DNA of 59,740 nucleotides, the filler included, from Nitrospinae bacterium RIFCSPLOWO2_12_FULL_45_22 (GTDB lineage Bacteria; 2-12-FULL-45-22), in the NCBI GenBank assembly GCA_001803565.1. It is 4 parts of 4 records of this genome, joined end to end, with 100 filler letters (N's around TTAATTAATTAA, not from the genome) between each part and the next. Parts side by side here need not be neighbours in the genome. Positions count along the whole stretch, not along the records: positions 52,776 to 59,740 come from MHDQ01000286.1; 3 more parts are not named here. One strand, written 5' to 3'. The notes under the pieces were generated by a model. That model was given only the letters and a program-made list of their open reading frames with translations. It did not search any database and was not told the origin of the DNA. Below, in pieces: positions 55,674 to 59,740 of this stretch. A program made the translations under genes and the position numbers. The first letter of the stretch is position 1; every line of letters begins with the position of its first letter.

Positions 55674-57383
55674 ATGTTCAGCAAAAAAGTAGAGGATGAG
55701 AACAAGATCATGGAGGAAGAATGGGAAAAGCAATATTCTATAATGATGGATAAGTTGAAAGCCATTAATAGATCAGGCATTGAGCTTAAGCCTTCTTATA
55801 CCCCTACGGATATCCAAGGGATGGACTATAAGGATATAGCACTACCTGGGCAATATCCTTTTACCAGGGGGAATTATCCTTTTCATTATCAGGTCATGCC
55901 CTTGATGATGATGCACGGTTATGGTTTTGGTACTGCAGAGGAGACCCTCATGAGGAGGGAGTGGCTTTCGAGACTGGGGAGTCGCCTGAAGGTGGGCACT
56001 GAAGATGACCTTACAGTGTGTATATTTACCATGGATCTGCCCACCCAGAGGGGCTATGACCCTGATGAACCAGGGGCAAGGGGAAGAGTGGGAGACTGTG
56101 GGATGTCCCTGAGCACCATCAAGGACATGGAGGCGATCTTTGAAGGATTACCTTTGGAGAAGGTTCTTACAACCTTTATTGGATTCGATGCCAGCATGAT
56201 CCTTGTTGCTCTGTATGCAGCTTACTGTAAATATATCAGGAAGGAGCCATTGGATAAATTATACATGCTGTGCTGTAATCTCTTTCATCACCAATGGTTC
56301 TGGGATAGTGCTGCATTTCCCCCTGAGACAGCCATGAAACTGGAGACAGAGTTTGTAAAGTTCATAGTGGAAACCTGCCCCATGTCTTATCCCGGGGTTG
56401 TGGATGGTTACAATGTTGCTGAGGCGGGGGCAACCCCAGTGCAGGAAGCTGCCTTTTCCATTGTCGCTGCAGTGAGTCTAATGGAGGAGTGTGTAAAGGC
56501 AGGTCTTGATCCTGACAAGGTAGCTTCCAGATTTATCGGCCATCCCCATATCAGTCTCAATTTCTTTGAGGAGATAGCAAAGTTAAGGGCCATGAGGAAA
56601 GTATGGGCTAAGATATTAAAAGAGAGGTTTGGCTGTAAAAGGCCCGAATCCCTTCAGCTAAAGTTCCTTGATGCCCAGACAGCGGGCTTTGACCTTACCG
56701 CTCAGGAGCCCCTCAATAACATTATAAGAACTACCATCATGGCCCTGGCAGGCATGCTGGCGGATGTAGAAGGTATGTGGGTTTCCTCCTATGATGAGGC
56801 CCTGGGTATTCCCACTGAAGAAGCAGTCCAGGTAGCTGTCAGGACTTACCAGATCCTCCATGAAGAGACAGACATACCCCATGTTACCGATCCCTTGGGG
56901 GGCTCTTATTATATAGAGTGGCTTACTACCAGGATGGAAGAGGAAATCATGGGGTTAATGAAGAAGATGGAAGACCTGGGAGGATACATGAAGTGCTGGC
57001 AGACGGGCTGGATAAGACAACAGGTGGAGAAAAGTGCCAATGAGAGGCTTAAAAAATTGAATGAAGGAAAGGAAGCAAAGATAGGAGTGAACAAATATAG
57101 GATTGAAGAGGTACCGAAGATGACTGCCTTCAGGGTTCCACCTGAGGTAGAACTCAAGGCTATAGAAAGGGTAAAGAAATACAGGCAGGGGAGGGACAAT
57201 TCCAGGGTTGAATCTGCTCTGGCAAAGGTAAAGGAGGCAGCTATTGCCATAGATAGAGATTGGCCCAGATCCTGTGGAGTACTCATGCCTGCCTTAATTG
57301 AGGCTGCCAGGTGTGAGGCCACTGCCGGGGAGATGCACCGTATCCTTAGAGATATTTTTGGATTTGGCTATTATTCAGGTTAA
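55674..57383 (+). CDS. AdoCbl-dependent acyl-CoA mutase large subunit 2 (paralogue of 53048-54760)
   Basis: PGQYPFTRG, DLPTQRGYD, FFEEIAKLRAMR, QTAG..LTAQEPLNNIIR, SYDEALGIPTE; both paralogues end FG(Y/F)G(F/Y)YSG. Confidence 0.92.
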   Translation: MFSKKVEDENKIMEEEWEKQYSIMMDKLKAINRSGIELKPSYTPTDIQGMDYKDIALPGQYPFTRGNYPFHYQVMPLMMMHGYGFGTAEETLMRREWLSRLGSRLKVGTEDDLTVCIFTMDLPTQRGYDPDEPGARGRVGDCGMSLSTIKDMEAIFEGLPLEKVLTTFIGFDASMILVALYAAYCKYIRKEPLDKLYMLCCNLFHHQWFWDSAAFPPETAMKLETEFVKFIVETCPMSYPGVVDGYNVAEAGATPVQEAAFSIVAAVSLMEECVKAGLDPDKVASRFIGHPHISLNFFEEIAKLRAMRKVWAKILKERFGCKRPESLQLKFLDAQTAGFDLTAQEPLNNIIRTTIMALAGMLADVEGMWVSSYDEALGIPTEEAVQVAVRTYQILHEETDIPHVTDPLGGSYYIEWLTTRMEEEIMGLMKKMEDLGGYMKCWQTGWIRQQVEKSANERLKKLNEGKEAKIGVNKYRIEEVPKMTAFRVPPEVELKAIERVKKYRQGRDNSRVESALAKVKEAAIAIDRDWPRSCGVLMPALIEAARCEATAGEMHRILRDIFGFGYYSG

Positions 57384-57401
57384 CTGCTACGTTGTTATGG
57401 T

Positions 57402-57595
57402 GTAACTATTCAGGCACAAAGAGACAAAGGCACATAGGCACAAAGTTCTAGGAATACGATCGGAATGTAGGACACAACCTATCCAAATACCGTTTTTGTA
57501 AACATCTTATGGGAAGTTAAGCAGCTCATTCTCTTCAGTTCTCTCGACTTTGTGCCTTTGGTGCTCTGTGCCTTTGTGCCTACCTGAATAGTTAC
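57402..57595. mobile_element. MITE-like element K: 13-bp perfect TIR, internal octamer arms, probable 7-8-bp target-site duplication
   Basis: gtaactattcagg ... cctgaatagttac; ggcacaaa gagacaaa ggcacata ggcacaaa / ctttgtgc repeats; flanked by GTTATGGt (57394-57401) and GTTATGGa (57596-57603). Confidence 0.8.
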
Positions 57596-57611
57596 GTTAT
57601 GGAGGTCCTCA

Positions 57612-59740
57612 ATGGAACATAATAGTTTAGAAAACCAGGCTGATGATACCTGGCTACCGAGTATGTGTGGCATGTGTATGAATTCGTGCGGCATACTGGT
57701 TCATCGTATAGATGGGAAGGTAGTAAAGATCGAGGGGAATCCAGAATGTCCCAATAGCCGGGGGCGACTGTGTCCCAAAGGGCAAGCGGGCATGATGCTC
57801 CTTTACGATCCCCACCGCTTAAAAACCCCGATGAAGCGGACAAACCCGCAAAAGGGTATTGGTATAGACCCTCAGTGGGTAGAGATCAGTTGGGAAGAGG
57901 CCCTTGATACCATAGCAGAGAAGCTCAAGCAGATAAGGAGCGAAGACCCCAGAAAAGTCATTTATGCCTATAATGTTTGTAATATCGCTAAGACTTTCTT
58001 TACTATGGCCTGGGCGGGGGCCTTTGGTACCCTAAACACTTATACCTCCGCTGGAATCCATTGTGGTATGCCGGGCCACCTATTCCGGGGATTAATGAGC
58101 GGTTCATGGTGGCATACTCCGGACTACAAATTTACCAACTATTTAATATCGGTAGGGTCAGGCGATGGCACTCATTCAGGGTATGCCTTTACTTCTTTTG
58201 CACAACAATTTGCCGAGGCCAGGGCGAGGGGGATGAAGGTTATTGCCTTTGATCCATTATTGAGCCCTACCGCGGAAAAGGCCGATGAATGGGTACCAGT
58301 GAGGCCCGGTACCGATGGGGCATGGGCATTGGCCATGCTCAATGTAATCCTGAATGAGTTGGGTCAGTACGATAAAAAATATATCAAAGAACATACTAAC
58401 GGCCCCTACCTGATCGGACCAGATGGCCATTATGTGAGAGACAAACAGACTAATAAACCAATGGTGTGGGACTTAACGGAAGAGTGTGCTAAGCCTTTTG
58501 ATGACCCCAACATAAGCGATTATGCCATTTTGGGTTCTTATAATGTCAATGGAGTAATATCTAAACCGGGCTTCCAGTTATTGAAAGACTGGGTCAAGAA
58601 GTATACCCCAGAGGAAGCAGAAAAGATAACTACTATACCAGCCAATACCATACGCCGCATAGCCAGCGAATATGTGAATGCTGCTAGGATAGGAAGCACT
58701 ATAGTTATTGATGGTCATGAGCTACCTTATAGGCCCGCCTGTGTCCGAACATTCAAAGGACCAGACGGCCATAAGCACGCCACCCTTTCCGCCATGGCCT
58801 TAGAACTCTTAAACGAAGTTGTAGGGAATCCGGGTGCCGTAGGAGGCATCCTGGGAAATGCCTCCCGATGGTTCGGCTATCCTCAAACCAGTTTGCCTGC
58901 CTGGGANNNNNNNNNNNNNNNNNNNNNNNNNNNNNNNNNNNNNNNNNNNCTTAAGCGAGTTTTTCCCTTACCTGGGGATGTCGTGGATAACCCCCATAGT
59001 CGTTGGAGAAGAGGAAAAGTGGGGGATACCCTACCAGGCAGAGATGCTCATTAACGGTGGTACTAACATAGCCATGGCCTTAGGAAATCCGGGGACAATG
59101 GTCGAGGCCTTCAAGAAAATACCCTTCATTGTACATTTCGCCTTGCACCTGGATGAATCAGCCGAGGCCTTTGCTGATATAGTTTTGCCCGATACCTGTT
59201 ACCTGGAAGAGCTTATGTATCTCCCTTATACCTGGGTTATGGGCGGGATGTGTACCGGGGGAATGGCAGAACCGGATTGGGGACTTTATATAAGACAACC
59301 CATAGTAGACCCACCACCCGGTATCATGTCCCAGGCAGTCGTATTAATGGATCTGGCAGAGAGAGTCGGGTTTCTGCCGGATTTGTACGCATTAATAAAT
59401 ATCTTCCTGGGGCTTAAGGAACCTTATACCCTCAACCCTGAGAGAGAATATACCATTGAAGATATAGTGGATAGACAGTGCAAGAGCCTTTTCGGTGAGC
59501 AGCATGGCCTGGACTGGTTCAGGAAGCATGGAGTGATGTCATGGCCTAAAAAGGTGGAAGAGATTTATTGGAAGAATTTTATCAAGGTGCGGGTGCCTAT
59601 TTACTTCGAGAATATATTGACCATAGGCCATCAGATAAAAAAGACAGCGGAAGATTTGGGCTGGCAATGGGATACCTCGGACCATCAACCCTTACCGGAT
59701 TGGAAGCCCTGTCCTTCCTACCTATTAAAAGACCCGGGAT
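57612..59740 (+). CDS. Molybdopterin (bis-PGD) oxidoreductase catalytic subunit, DMSO-reductase family; spans the gap and runs off the window
   Basis: CGMCMNSC...CPKG [4Fe-4S] motif, HRLKTPMKRTNP, ISWEEALD, ADEWVPVRPGTDGA; after the gap the frame from 58951 gives FADIVLPDTCYLE; no twin-arginine signal. Confidence 0.9.
58907..58949. other. Scaffold gap within the molybdoenzyme gene
   Basis: 43 N with no linker motif; coding continues in another frame after the gap. Confidence 0.9.

Noticed and set aside
58907-59054. Apparent frameshift and stop at 59054 in the molybdoenzyme
   Set aside because: Caused by the estimated length of the N gap; the frame starting at 58951 continues with family motifs to the window end

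Overview
The window is a concatenation of four contigs from an unidentified bacterium, probably a MAG. They are joined by artificial N-TTAATTAATTAA-N linkers at 15806-15905, 39548-39647 and 52676-52775, and there is one scaffold gap at 58907-58949, so adjacency across linkers is not biological. Contig 1 holds folD, an atypical receiver protein, ogt, the yceD-rpmF-plsX-fabH-fabK-fabD-fabG-acpP-fabF-rnc operon and an A2-type caa3-like cytochrome c oxidase operon. Contig 2 holds toxin-antitoxin debris and a ~21 kb Wzx/Wzy glycan cluster. That cluster includes an SqdB-like enzyme with an extra Cys-rich domain, thioredoxin, two Thr-type sulfatase-like proteins, a nucleotidyltransferase and a B12 radical SAM enzyme. 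Contig 3 holds fni, an HpnG/MTAN-like gene, DUF116, a squalene-hopene cyclase stump, two HgdAB-like genes, an S1/P1-like nuclease, groESL with a perfect CIRCE, GT9, a CinA-like gene, an IS630 fragment and the start of a type IIG R-M gene. Contig 4 holds a large-small-small-large set of highly divergent B12-dependent acyl-CoA-mutase-like genes followed by a cytoplasmic molybdopterin oxidoreductase. Three signals stand out. (i) At least 11 hairpin elements built from degenerate 6-10-nt tandem repeats in inverted arms sit at gene junctions; they are often nested, often encode protein termini, one encloses a remnant of a four-helix-bundle gene and one has a probable target-site duplication. (ii) The tandem mutases have non-canonical active-site residues. 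(iii) The SqdB-thioredoxin module lies in a likely sulfonated and methylated glycan pathway. No rRNA, tRNA or CRISPR array was recognised. All family calls are by motif recognition, without database searches.
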